A stretch of 62,251 nt of DNA, counting the filler, from Basidiobolus ranarum (Eukaryota): NCBI GenBank assembly GCA_040143965.1. It is 2 parts of 2 records of this genome, joined end to end, with 100 filler letters (N's around TTAATTAATTAA, not from the genome) between each part and the next. Parts side by side here need not be neighbours in the genome. Positions count along the whole stretch, not along the records: positions 1 to 31,109 come from JASJQH010006967.1; 1 more part is not named here. One strand, 5' to 3'. Positions 1 to 12,500 of the stretch are shown here, in pieces. Position numbers and translations under genes: made by a program. Position 1 is the first letter of the stretch. Every line of letters starts with the position of its first letter. The notes under the pieces are model-generated. The model was not told where the DNA came from and ran no database searches. It saw nothing but the letters and a program-made list of their open reading frames with translations.

Positions 1-41
1 AATAGCAAATAGTGTATGCATCGAACACACCTAACGACTGC

Positions 42-1779
42 TCATTTGTTCCCTAATTTAAGCCATTTGGGAAGCTTCGTTTTCTTGGTGTTATCTTTCT
101 TTTCATGTTCGGGCTCGTAGTCGGCTGGGACATGAATCTCCCTTGGTATAGGGGAAGGATTGCGAGGGGGCTTTGGGTCACTAATATCCATAGGATCTGA
201 GATAACTTCGGGTTGAATTGAAGGGAGATCCTCCATTAGTGACATCAACTCATCATTGAGATAGACTTCAGATTCGGAGGTGCTTTGAACAAAGGAGAAA
301 AACACCACTGAGGCAGGAGTCAGTCCAGCATCATAGAAGGTTTGACTGTGATCAGTCAACTTTCTTATTGGTGGAGTGACATACAAGTAAAATTCTCTCT
401 CACTCTCTTTCAAAGACTCTCTAACGAAAGAAATCAACTCGGAGATGGGTTGACGAGATAAGAAATTGGCTTGTAATTGCACTCGATTAGGAAAACGAAT
501 TCGAATCAAGGTACGAGGATATCTACGTTGTCTTTGTAAGTCTTCTTGTTCTCGCATCTGACGGGTTTTTAAGGGAGCATTGTCAGTCAAAGAGCGTTTA
601 GTACGTTGATCATTCATGATGGATTTCAATTCTGCGGGTGTTAGCTCGTAAAATGAATCAGGTAACTCAATCTTCGCCGCCATATTTTCATCAGATGAGG
701 GTCGAAATACTTTGACTTCGCGGGTAAACTCCTGTGGTTGTGTTTGGGCTTTCTCCTCTACAATAGAGGATGTTTGTGGAGTAGCTGATGATTGACTGGG
801 CAATGCAGTTTCAAGTGAATTCGAAAACTGACGTTTAGACTGAGGAAGGGGCTGTGTTTCTTCCTTTGGTGGTACCTTAGTTTGAGCTTGGACTGGAGGC
901 TGAGGCTCAAGTTGTTGTGTTGGTTCAATAGTTTGCGACTGAATTGGACCTGAAGTCTGCATTACGGGTTGAGACGACGTTTGTACAGTTTTATCAGCTG
1001 GTACTTCGGTTGGGGTTGAGTTGGTTGCTAAAATAGGTGAAGAGCATTCTTTTTCGATGTCTTGTAGTGATTTTTCTGTTTGTCTGTAAATCAAACGAAT
1101 CAATACATTGCCGGAGGTAATACCAGTAGATTGTAAAGTTGTATTCTTAAGTGCAGAAATAGTCCCGAATTCCTGATTCAAATATACACATACTGGCTGT
1201 AGATATACCTCAGCCTTGTTACTTTTTCCAAAAGAAAATCCTGTAGCAGGTTTAACAGTCTTTTTCGTTAAATTTCTAAAGTTGAAAACCAAATTGTCAA
1301 TCTTCTTATTAAAAAAGAGATTCAATAAATTCTTGATAGTAACCTATTTGAGGAAGCTTCAAAGGAAAGTAAAACGTCCCAGAAAGAGACGGAGGTAGGA
1401 AACTTCTGAATAAGTCTTCCTTCTTCCATCTGAAGAGCAACATTCACTTCGGTAGGAATTTTAGTTGCCTTTATCCGTACTAGTTCAAGTTTAGCACCAG
1501 CAGGTAAATTAGCGAAACGCACAGAAAGCGATAGGTCGAGGTTAGTTTTTCCGTACCTGTAATATATTACAAAAGAAAGCTAGGATCAACGCTGTTGAAA
1601 ACTCAGTAGACTAGGATTGAGTGAATGAGATAAACTCACTTTAAACCATACGAATCAACATCAGGATATTGTTGTTTCTCACACACAGCTAAAACAATAT
1701 TCTTCAAAGGCATAGCAGGAGTCGTCTTGACAAGCTGCTTCCGCCCTTGACCGAAAATGACGGATACATTAGAGGCCAT
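42..1779 (-). CDS. UBX4: TUG/ASPSCR1-like UBX domain protein (Cdc48/p97 cofactor), spliced
   Basis: ATG at 1779 gives MASNVSVIFGQGRKQLVKTTPAMPL (TUG-UBL1-like). Next exon has LSVRFANLPAGAKLELV. ORF 42..1325 has ELPDSFYELTPAE and a UBX domain RIRFPNRVQLQANF...FYLYVTPP, ending LPKWLKLGNK. Confidence 0.85.
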
Positions 1780-2412
1780 TTAAAATAGGTGTTTGATACA
1801 AAAGTGGCCAAGTTGGGTAAGAGGTTATAAGCTTGCATTTGATTTTTGTACGCAATTTGAATGTGATGACATCGATTATGGTTAACTTCGTGTGTGTAAT
1901 CAAGATGGGTATAGATATATAACCCAGATTATTAAGCTTCTAGAACATTTGATGGTTACCTATGCCTAGCTAACTCGTATCTTGGCATCACTTAGCCTAA
2001 TATTGCACTACTCGGTAAAAGCCGGTCGTTTCTGTAGCTTTTATTATGAAATAAAGTGTGCATTCACTACAAAAATCAACAAACCTCTAAGATGTAAATA
2101 TACGATGGACCAGACCAAGAAAACACCCGTCCACTGAACTGAAGAATGGAAATAATTGACAAATCAGAAAGTACAGGTACAAATACAAAATGCAGTTGCT
2201 TCATACAACCCAAACAGCAGGAAGTGAGGCATAAGAGTATCGTAGATGTGTGGAACCAAGGGATGTTATCTCAAAGCAGATGCGGCTCATTAAATGGTCT
2301 AGGATAAGGACAAAATATTGTACATCATGAATTATGGTTCAGAGGAAGCTTTCCATAGAAAATAAAGAACCATTCAATTATGACCGAGTAACAATAAATT
2401 AAGTATTGGCTT

Positions 2413-5400
2413 CTACTTTTTAGATTGCTTTTGCTTTTCTCTCTCCTCTTCTCGTAACTTTTTCTTGTCTGCTTTCTCGGCCAATTTAGCTGCCTTGGCC
2501 TCTGCCTTTTGCTTCTTCTTCTCCGCACGCTCTGCCATTGCTGCCTCATACTCAAGTCGCTTCTTTTTGTTGATTTTTGCATTCGCCGCAGATATATCTG
2601 CTGGTTTTTTGTCTCCGGCTCCGATGACCTTGGTCACTGGTGGATATCGCGGTTTAAATGGATTCCGCATTTTGGGTGAAAGAAATTCATCCTAATACAG
2701 CTTGTCAATGGGACTTACTATGTACATACGAACAAGTTAATAAAAATACCTCAACAAAATCTCCATTATTCTCCTCCAATTTCTTAGCATAGTAGATTCG
2801 GAGTAAACCAATGACGCCATCCGAACTCTTGATCGGAGGGAACGAAGGAGGCGGCGGGTATGGGACATCAGCTGAAATAGAGATAAATAACCATAGTGTA
2901 TGAATGCATATCATTATCGAACTTACGTGTGGGTGCACTAAAAATCAATCCGAGGGTTAATGGTAAAGCAAGAATGGAAGGCCCTGAAGTAAACAAACAT
3001 ACCTAGTAGATTGACTGGGGATATTTCTATTTTGTTTCTGGCCGAACCATAGCTTCGTGGGAACCTAGATGCACGAACGTTAAGAAATACAACAGGCTGC
3101 AGCACTTCTAATATAACTTACAGAAAGTGTACTGATGTTGAATTCTTTGTCCAAACCCAGTTCTTTGAACCCAAAGAAATCTTCTCCTAACTCTTCTCCA
3201 AAACCACCACTAGAGAGAGAGTAAAATTACAATGGTTTCAGGGTGATAGTATACAGTATGAAAATACCTTGCAAAAGCATCCTCACTGTCGAATATATGC
3301 TCATCAAGAGTAGGATCTCCATCAGTGTTTTGCTGAATAGAATTCAAATGCATCAGTATGTGGCTCATTTCGTTGTGAAGAAGGAGAGTATTTACCGTTA
3401 ATATATCTTGATAGCTAGCATCCAACCGTCGATGTAGATCATTCAAACGATTGTTGTATCTGAATACATCGTCTCTAACGTATCCCTCCAACGCATCGAC
3501 ACTACGGATCCCGTTTTCATAAAGAGAGTGCAGTATTATTTCCTAAAAGTAGGACGTTAGAGACAACAACTGGAGCACCCGATATACTTGAAAGAATTAC
3601 TTCAGCGCTCATTCCATGATTGTAACTGTCCATGTATGAACGAAGTGTCTTTCCAAGATTAAGGAAGAATTCAATCACAACGTCTGTAAGCAAAGCTAAG
3701 GCAATAGGCTGGGCAGCTTCAAATACAAAAACTCGAAGCTCAATAAAAAAGCAGTTGATGCAAGCTTGTTTTGTAACTAACCTTCAAATCCAGCATGTGC
3801 TAGAAGCTTGGTAGAAGCCCTTTCTAACATGGTATTTCCAATCTCTTTACTTATCAAAAGAGGAGGAAGTCCGACTCCATCAGGAGAGGGGGGCTCTTCT
3901 ATTTCAAAATCTTCATCCTTTTGAGCATCCGAGGCACGGGGATCAATCTAGGTAGAACATGCGAGAGTGAATGAATTAGGATCAGTAGGATCGAACATTA
4001 TGCAGAACTGAAGGCTTGCTTACGGGCATATTCATCTTTGCGTTCATAATTTTAGTATGAACAATACGTATTTTCTTGAGCTCTTCAATGTTGGTATCAA
4101 CCATACCAGACACACCCTGTTTGGAGAATCGGCACCCAGGATATAAGGCTATATTAGGAGCATCTTTGCTTTCGTTTGTGTCCTCTTCAAAAAGTCTATT
4201 CTGCTCATGGATGTCAAGAATAGGTTGGTAGACATCTGGGAATCCGGATTGTAAATGATACTCAGGAACAAAAACCTCTTTGACTTTTTTCTTTGGCCGT
4301 TTTTTAAAGGTTTTGGCAATAAATTCGAAACGGTCTTCCTCTTCGGACTCCTCAGCCGAGCCGTCAGACAAGACTAGCACACAGTCATGACTCGTAAGGG
4401 AACTTTCATAATGCTTCATTCCTTGGGGTGTGCGTAATAAGGCTTGCTGTTCGGAGAATGGACGAGTTCGTTGCACTTCCTGATGCTCTGCTTTTTCGGC
4501 ACGCAGTTTACGAGTTAGGGTCCGCCAGGTATGTAGCTGCGGCTCTTCAAAAACTTTGATGGTTTTCAGCTTTTCATGAGTAGTTTCTGATGGTTGAGTC
4601 TCCTCATCCTTGCTGGCGTTCTCTATAGATTCCGATGATTCTCTCTCGGTGGTAGCTACAGATTGACTTACACTGGTTGTATGGTTAGTATTTTCACTTT
4701 CGACTTTGGGTGTTTGCTCCTCTGGTTTTGTCTGACTCTCTTCCGTATCTTTTTTCTTTAGCTCTTCGTTTTGAGCCTTTTCAGCATCTACCTCAGCTTT
4801 GTCTCGAATCACGATATCTGGAACATTAGCGAGAAGCAGATTTGTTTTCTTCTTCATCGCATAAGCATGCTTACGATATATACTAGCAGGATCCGTATTG
4901 TAGGCTAGACAATTGGCGTATATCAGATTCAAGTCAACCGTAAACTCGGCTTTACTTTTGTATTGAAAAGTCTTAAGCTTTTTCCCCATGGTTCCCAAGT
5001 CCATTGGGTGCTTAACGATATCGAAATAATCCGGAGCCTCTCGCTTACTCACTTTATTCAAGAATGGTAGGGAGTGTTCTGTGTAGTTTCTGAGCTCATT
5101 TATGATCTTCTCGCAGCACTCATACAACTCCTCCTGCCCTACTTTCTCATCACTAGCCCATTTGGATCTATGTGGCCGCACGTCTGTCAGCAAACTTTTG
5201 ATTTCATGATCTGTAAGAGAGGTCATGTTTCTTTTGGAACTTATTGCCGTCAACAGATGCTATCAAAAGAAACCGGGTAAATAAACCTAACCATATCAAA
5301 ATCTCTATAAAACATAACTATGCCTTCATTCCACTGTTGATGTTGAGCAGTGGGTTTTTAACTTCTTCTTTTTCTTTTTCAGCCACTTGTGTAGGTTGAG

Positions 5401-6329
5401 CATCGATTGGTTCGGGATCTTTACTCTGTGTTTCTTCCTCTATCTTTAATTTTTCCTGTAGTATCGAGTTAGTCAAAAAATCAACATCGAAGCTTAGAAG
5501 ATTCAACGTGTTACCTCTATGAGTTGTTGCTCCGCTATAGCCGCCTGATCAAATTCAACTGTATAATAAACCGAATTTACTGGATATTCTTCGTCCTTTT
5601 TACGCTGAAAGCAAGCTATTAAAAATAACATTTACGAGAATTAGAAACGCAATGTACTTATAGTTATGACAGAATATTTCGTGACTTACGTATTTCCTCT
5701 AATTTTTTTGAGAAATCATCGTTGTATGTAGCAGGAGATGGTACTTGAGAAGAAATGATGACTGACTCTTCCTCCTCTTCATCGTAATCATCATCATAAT
5801 CCTCTTCGATCACCCTTCTTTTTTTCGTAGCCACATTTTCACCAAAAACACCATTAGTAGCGACAGTTTTAGATAGCGGCTCAGGGGTTATTTCGTCAAG
5901 GTCGATCAGAGGAAAAGAGCAACAGTTAAAGTTTTGAATGTTTCCCGAGTATAACTGCTCGTACAACATAGCTCGCGTACGAAATGCAGCTATACATTTA
6001 ATACTATAAGAATTATTATCCAGTCTCGGGAAGTCCTCTTTATTGGGAGTATCTTTTGAGGAGTTTGAAATAAGATCTGGTTCGGTTTCAGTTGTTATCA
6101 CGTCGAAATGTTTGGAAATGAGTGACTCTTCGGATTGAAGTTCAAGGCTTTTAGGTTCAAACTCTATTGCAAAGAATTTTTGCCAGGTATTTCGATCTTT
6201 GAGTGCCTCTTTGAAGTAGAAATATTCCACTTCGGTGAGGTAAAATTGTACTTCATTATTATTGTCTATTTGTTTTGCTGCTTCATAACTTATCTTCAAA
6301 AAAGACCGAGGAAAACTGGCGAACACCAT
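2413..6329 (-). CDS. SPT7: SAGA complex subunit Spt7 (bromodomain plus histone fold), multi-exon
   Basis: RSKWASDEKVGQEELYE followed by a bromodomain (HSLPFLNKVSKREAPDYFDIVKHPMDLG). Histone-fold-like exons at about 3200-3950. C-terminal PYPPPPSFPPI...IGLLRIYY motif. Joins ORFs 5664-6329, 5318-5506, 3982-5253, 3210-3491, 2705-2938 and 2413-2670. Confidence 0.9.
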
Positions 6330-6553
6330 GGTTCTCCCCTTTGCTCATTCCAAGGTTGAGAAAGTATTAAACGGAACCTGAGTTCGCGAGTCACTCTATT
6401 GTGCACGTGATACCTCATGGTTGAAAAATGGAAAATTGTGAAATCATTCCAGCATTTTTTGAAGATGATTCTCGATAAATAAGCCAAATAAGAAAAGGGG
6501 GCTAGAATTAGCGGAATTTAGGATTTGAATAATTATCGAACAATGGTTGGACT

Positions 6554-6574
6554 CTAACCCTAACCCTAACCCTA
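6554..6574. repeat. Interstitial telomere-like repeat (CTAACC)3+ / AACCCT boxes
   Basis: ctaaccctaaccctaacccta, about 225 bp upstream of the SPT7 start codon. Confidence 0.75.
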
Positions 6575-6930
6575 TATCTCAGTATTGTAAACACAAGATA
6601 ACAATGAAGGCTTGACTGTCACCATGGCGGATCAAAACTAGTTCGCTGGTAGAAAAGTGGCGGAGTTAATATCGTTCTCAAGGTGTGTGTTTCTGACGTA
6701 TTTACTCATTTGATTGCTTACATGTTTGTAATTCTGACTAACCTATATATAAAGATGCGCATTAAGACCTGTGATCACCCGCGCTTGCTACGGTACAGTG
6801 ATTGCTTCGTGTTGTGTAATATTGAATATACGACACGAGTCAAAACATTGGCTCTTGAGAGACAAATGAATCAGTGTACATCCAGCTACATCCAGCCAAT
6901 ACACAATTAATTTCAGATTTGCATGATTTC

Positions 6931-6959
6931 CCAATTGACGTCACCAATGAATTACGTAT
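6931..6959. promoter_or_regulatory. CRE palindrome TGACGTCA flanked by two CCAAT boxes
   Basis: ccaat-tgacgtca-ccaat-gaattacgta in the SPT7/PRB1 divergent intergenic region. Motif match only. Confidence 0.4.
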
Positions 6960-7486
6960 ATTTTTGGATAGCACTGAGGTAAACTGGATTGTAGGTTCAC
7001 TGATCAATTCGCGTGCCACTTCTCAGTGAATCAAGGAGACAATCAGGGGGTTTAGGATAGTGACAGTAATGACTGATTGGCTAACAATCAATCGACCTCT
7101 ACATTACGTACTTTTCCTTGTTTACTCGATTTGAGAGCAAGTTGAAAGCAAAATAAGAGTTGACAATGACACCACTGAAGTATATTAACAATGATATTAA
7201 CAATGCTCACCAGGTGCCAATATCACACGATCACTCACGTTGAGAATGTCTTACCACTTGTTCTCGCAGCAGTTATTACTTAGGAACCATTCCTATCTGA
7301 CTCCTAATTATCTCTATCTCATGACCCAATCAGAGTCTCACCTTATTAAACCCCCAGATGCATATAAAAGCCGAACATCACCTTCTTGGATTTTCAGATC
7401 ACATTTCATTTCCAGTCATATTTCTCTGGACACAAGCCTTCTGAGCCTATTTATTATTTTTCATAGTAGAATATCACTAGTTTGCA

Positions 7487-8758
7487 ATGGCCTGGAAAAC
7501 TAACATCATCTTTGCTACTCTCTACGCTACTGCATCGACTTTCGCATTCTACATTGAACAGCCTTATGCTCCCATCATCAGCTCCTTGGATGCTGAGATT
7601 ATTCCCAACTCATACATCGTTGTTCTTAAGGATGGTACCCGGGACTCTCTACTTAACCATCAGGCTTGGTTGACCTCCTTCTTACAAATTGCCAATATTA
7701 ACACTGAGGGTCAAGTCGTAACTAATCAAATCGATCACATTTACGACGCTAATGGATTCAAAGGTTATGCTGGACTTTTTCATGATGAAGTGATCGAACG
7801 CATTAGAGAGATGGACGATGTCGCTTACATTGAGCCCAACTCCATGGTATATGCTTCGGAATTGCAAAAGAATGCTCCTTGGGGACTGTCAAGAATTTCT
7901 CATCGTGAAGCCCTCTCTTTCGGTACTTACAATAAATACCTTTACGACAACAAGGGTGGTAATGATGTCACTGCTTATATCGTAGACACCGGTGTTAATG
8001 TTGAACATGAAGATTTTGAGGGCAGAGCTACTTGGGGAGCCACCATACCAGAGAACGATGAGGATAAGGATGGTAATGGTCATGGTACTCACGTTGCTGG
8101 AACTGTTGCTGGTAAGCGTTTTGGAGTTGCCAAGGGAGCTAAGATTGTGGCCGTAAAAGTTCTACGCTCCAATGGTTCCGGAACAATGGCTGATGTTGTT
8201 AAGGGTGTTACATGGGTAATCACTGCTCATCAACAGGCTGTGCTCGAAGCGCAACGTGCCGGTAAAACACACAAGGGTAGTGTTGCTAATATGAGTCTTG
8301 GTGGTGGTAAAAGCGTTGCCTTGAACGAAGCCGTTAATTCCGCCGTCGCTAATGGTGTCCACTTTGCTGTCGCTGCTGGCAACGACAACAGGGATGCCTG
8401 CAGTTATTCTCCTGCTTCTGCTGAAAGCGCAGTAACTGTTGGTGCAAGTGCTATCAATGACGAGAGAGCTTGGTTCTCTAACCATGGCAAGTGCGTTGAT
8501 ATCTTTGCTCCAGGTAAGGATATCATCTCCACATGGATTGGCTCCAAGGTCGCCACCAACACTATCTCCGGAACATCAATGGCCAGTCCTCACATCTGTG
8601 GTCTCCTTGCCTATATGCTTTCCTTTGAATCCAACAGTACCATTACACCTAAAGAACTCAAGAGCAAGCTTATTGAAGCAGGTACCAAAGATATTTTGCA
8701 GAAGTTGACTGGAGAGACACCTAATGTATTGGCCTACAATAACCCACCTGAAGCTTAA
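7487..8758 (+). CDS. PRB1: Vacuolar subtilisin-like serine protease (proteinase B/cerevisin, S8A with I9 propeptide), intronless
   Basis: Signal peptide, I9 propeptide (IIPNSYIVVLK), APWGLSRISHR, and catalytic motifs VDTG, GHGTHVAG and SGTSMASPH. Confidence 0.93.
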   Translation: MAWKTNIIFATLYATASTFAFYIEQPYAPIISSLDAEIIPNSYIVVLKDGTRDSLLNHQAWLTSFLQIANINTEGQVVTNQIDHIYDANGFKGYAGLFHDEVIERIREMDDVAYIEPNSMVYASELQKNAPWGLSRISHREALSFGTYNKYLYDNKGGNDVTAYIVDTGVNVEHEDFEGRATWGATIPENDEDKDGNGHGTHVAGTVAGKRFGVAKGAKIVAVKVLRSNGSGTMADVVKGVTWVITAHQQAVLEAQRAGKTHKGSVANMSLGGGKSVALNEAVNSAVANGVHFAVAAGNDNRDACSYSPASAESAVTVGASAINDERAWFSNHGKCVDIFAPGKDIISTWIGSKVATNTISGTSMASPHICGLLAYMLSFESNSTITPKELKSKLIEAGTKDILQKLTGETPNVLAYNNPPEA

Positions 8759-9574
8759 ATGTGAACCGTTGATTTTTAACCCGTTGTTTGTACAGAAGTT
8801 TTATGGTCCATATTGTTCACTTTTCTTTCCATGTTTGAATTATTTTTCATTCCTCGAACACAAATAAGACATTGACTTATTTCGAAATATAATATATAAC
8901 CACTAATTGGTATGTGTACTATTCACTAATAAAGCACCAATTGCATATCATCATTTGAAGGAGACAATACGCAAGAACATTTCTTAGAGTTGACCACATA
9001 CCAGTTAGGATTAATCTTAGACTACTACAGGGATTGATAAATGTTGCTTCAACTATCTGCTGAATTAATATATACAGATGCTGATATAGTAGCAAGTAAC
9101 CATTACTTGTTTCTTGCTGTTGATAAAACCTTGTTAGAGATTGCATGCCACAATGGTGTTAATATTAAAGTATATTTTCCATTAAATTTGTGCATTCGTT
9201 ATCAGAGTAATCTTCACAGAATACGGTAGACACTAAAGAACAACAGTGTAATGAACCGGACTTGACGAAACTGTCTAATAAGGAAAAAGGAATTTCTTCC
9301 AATCAGTGTAGATATTTGAGAAATTCCATGTTAAGACAAAACCAAAATTCCATAATATAATAACCATAAAACCCTAGGGAAGTAATTCATGAAATCTCAT
9401 TAAATCGGGGATTCGCATGGGTCAGTTAGTTAAATTCCAATGAATTTTTTTGACTTTATAAAAGATTATCAGCAACCAATTCCACTTTGTTATTCTTTTT
9501 GATTGGGATTTTTTGTATTTTAGTTTAACTTCAACTATAATTTTCTTTTACCTGGTACTTTTGTCACGTCGAAC

Positions 9575-12500
9575 ATGAGTTTAAACACGAACTCTTCAGT
9601 GAACCAGCCACCAGCCGGTTATACTACACCGCAAGTACCAACCATAACTCAGGAACGCCTCCGAGCTATTGTTATGGTACGCGTAATTTTCTTGACTCGT
9701 TCTGATGTGAACTTGTGGTTTACAATCTATTAGAAATGTCAAGTTTTATTGGTTACTTTGGTTATGTATCACTTGAACTAACTCTACCTACCTTAGACAA
9801 TACAAACAATGAAAGCTCGGGGTGCGACTGAGGAAACCGATCCTGAATACGCAAAGTTACTAAATTTTCTTAGAGCTTATAAAAAGCAACAGCTTCATCT
9901 ACAACAGCAACAACAATTGCAACACCAGTTACAGCATCAAACCCCTGATGATCCAGGTATCTATTCACATTCAACTGATAGTGACCAACAAGATCTACAA
10001 CCTCAAGAGCCCTCACAAACTCAACAGTTCGAACTTGAACAACTGCGAATGCTACAACAACAACTTGAACAACAGAATATGGAGAATCTAAAGCAACAAG
10101 AAAACGAACAACTCGCTTTACTTCAACGTCAAAAAGAACAAGAGGAAAAATTACGGCAACAACTCGCTTTGCAGCAACAACAAAAAGAGCAAAAATTACT
10201 CTTACAACTACAAAAGCAAAAGGAATTGGAGCAACGATTAAAGGAGCAACAAATGCAATTGCATCATCAACCACTTTCTCAGTCAAATTCACCACTTTCA
10301 CAATCTCCTTTACAAACTCAGTTACAGACACAGGCTTTTGCACAATCAGACCAGAGTCCTCAAGCAGCGCAAAAATCAGCAGAGGCAATGCATAAATTAC
10401 GGCAACTTCAACAGCTGCAGCAATTAAAACAACAATTACAACTGAAGCAGCTTCAACAATTCCAGCAAAAACAACTAGGTAACTATACGTATCACTTATG
10501 TGATCAAAATGGATTTCCAGAATTTCTATCAATATACTTAATGTAATGTTATACTAGGTGATGCTTCCAATCCTTCCAGTCCACAGTTATCGCAATCCCC
10601 AGTTAGGTCTCAGCTCCAACATCATGCTTTACAAGCTCAAGCACCCTATGTCAAGCCTATATTTACTTCGGAACAATTATCGGCGCTTAAATATCAAGTT
10701 TATGCTTTTCGACTGTTGTCGAAAAATCTACCACTATCAGAACATTTAAAGAAAGCCATATTTGAAGATTCCATTCCACAAGATGATGTAACTACTCCCA
10801 CCATTAGTAGCAGAATTGTAGAGGCAACTTTTCTTTATCATAAACCAACATCTGGTATTCTTTCGAACCAAAATCTTCATGGAAAATCTTCTATTGGAGC
10901 CAAAAAGTCATTACCTGGTTCTTTGAAATCACCGGCTAGTAATATTCAAGCATCACGTTTTCAACGGTTGCTTATATCGAACACACCTCCAGGTGGTTTG
11001 GACTCTATGTCACTCTTCATAGAAAGAGAGGAGCGGGTTAGAACAAGAACTCAGCGACGGTTGCTACAAGTAGAAGAGTATGTTGATAAGTTCAACCAGT
11101 CGGACTCCACTGATGAAAAAGTGCCTCTTAAAGCAATTATTCAGCTAAAATCCTTGAGGCTATTAGAAGAGCAGAAGAAACTCCGAGAAGAAATGGTTCG
11201 TGGTATGAAGAAAGCCGTAACTATGTCATCCTCTGCTGATAGAGCCGCTTTACGTAAGATGAAAAAACAATCACTTCGTGATGCACGTATTGCCGAAAGA
11301 TTGGAGAAACAGCAGAGAGCGGAACTAGAGCGGAGAGAGAAGCAAAGACATTTGGATCATCTACAAGGGATTATCACTCATGGCAGAGACTTGATGCAAT
11401 GGCATCGTACATTCCAAGCCAAACAAAGTAAACTTGGTAGAGCCGTAGTGCAGTATCATTCTCAAATCGAACGAGAGGAAATGAAACGGATTGAAAGGGT
11501 TTCCAAAGAACGTCTAAGAGCTTTAAGGGCAGACGACGAGGAAGCATATCTAAAACTAATCGATCAAACCAAAGATACACGTATTACCCATCTTCTTCAA
11601 CAAACAGATGTTTATCTGGATAGTCTATCAAAGGCCGTTCGGATGCAGCAGACAGATGCCCTTCATCAAGATCCAGTCACGCAGGGGGAAGTCGAGGCAA
11701 TGGACAATTATTTCGACAATGACGAAGATGATCATGATGATCCTGACGGTTCAAAATTGGATTACTACATGATTGCCCATCGAATTAAAGAAGACGTTGA
11801 ACAGCCAAGCATACTCATCGGTGGTAAGCTCAAAGAGTACCAAATCAAAGGCTTACAGTGGATGGTTTCTTTGTACAATAATCGACTCAATGGAATATTA
11901 GCGGATGAAATGGGTCTAGGAAAAACCATTCAAACTCTTTCGCTTATCACTTATCTTATTGAGAGGAAACATCAAAACGGCCCATTTTTAATTATCGTAC
12001 CATTATCTACTCTAACCAATTGGAATCTGGAGTTTGAAAAATGGGCACCTTCTGTCGTTAAAGTCGTGTACAAAGGACCTCCAAATGAACGTAAGGAGCT
12101 GTACCAAACGTATATCAAATACGGGAACTTCCAGGTTCTTTTAACTACTTTCGAATACATCATCAAGGACAAAAATATCTTGGGCAAGGTCAAATGGGTT
12201 CACATGATTATTGACGAAGGACATAGAATGAAGAATGTCAATTCCAAACTGACCTCCACTTTGAATCAGTACTATTCTACAAGATACCGCTTGATTCTTA
12301 CCGGAACACCACTTCAGAATAACCTACCTGAACTTTGGGCCTTGCTGAACTTTGTTCTACCGAAAGTATTCAACTCGGTCAAAAGCTTCGATGAATGGTT
12401 CAACACACCTTTTGCTAACACTGGAGGTCAAGATAAGATTGAGATCAATGAGGAAGAATCACTGCTGATTATCCGTCGTTTGCATAAGGTTCTAAGACCA

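Noticed and set aside
9870-10532. 220-aa hydrophobic ORF on the minus strand
   Set aside because: Antisense shadow of the CAA/CAG-rich polyQ exon of SNF2.
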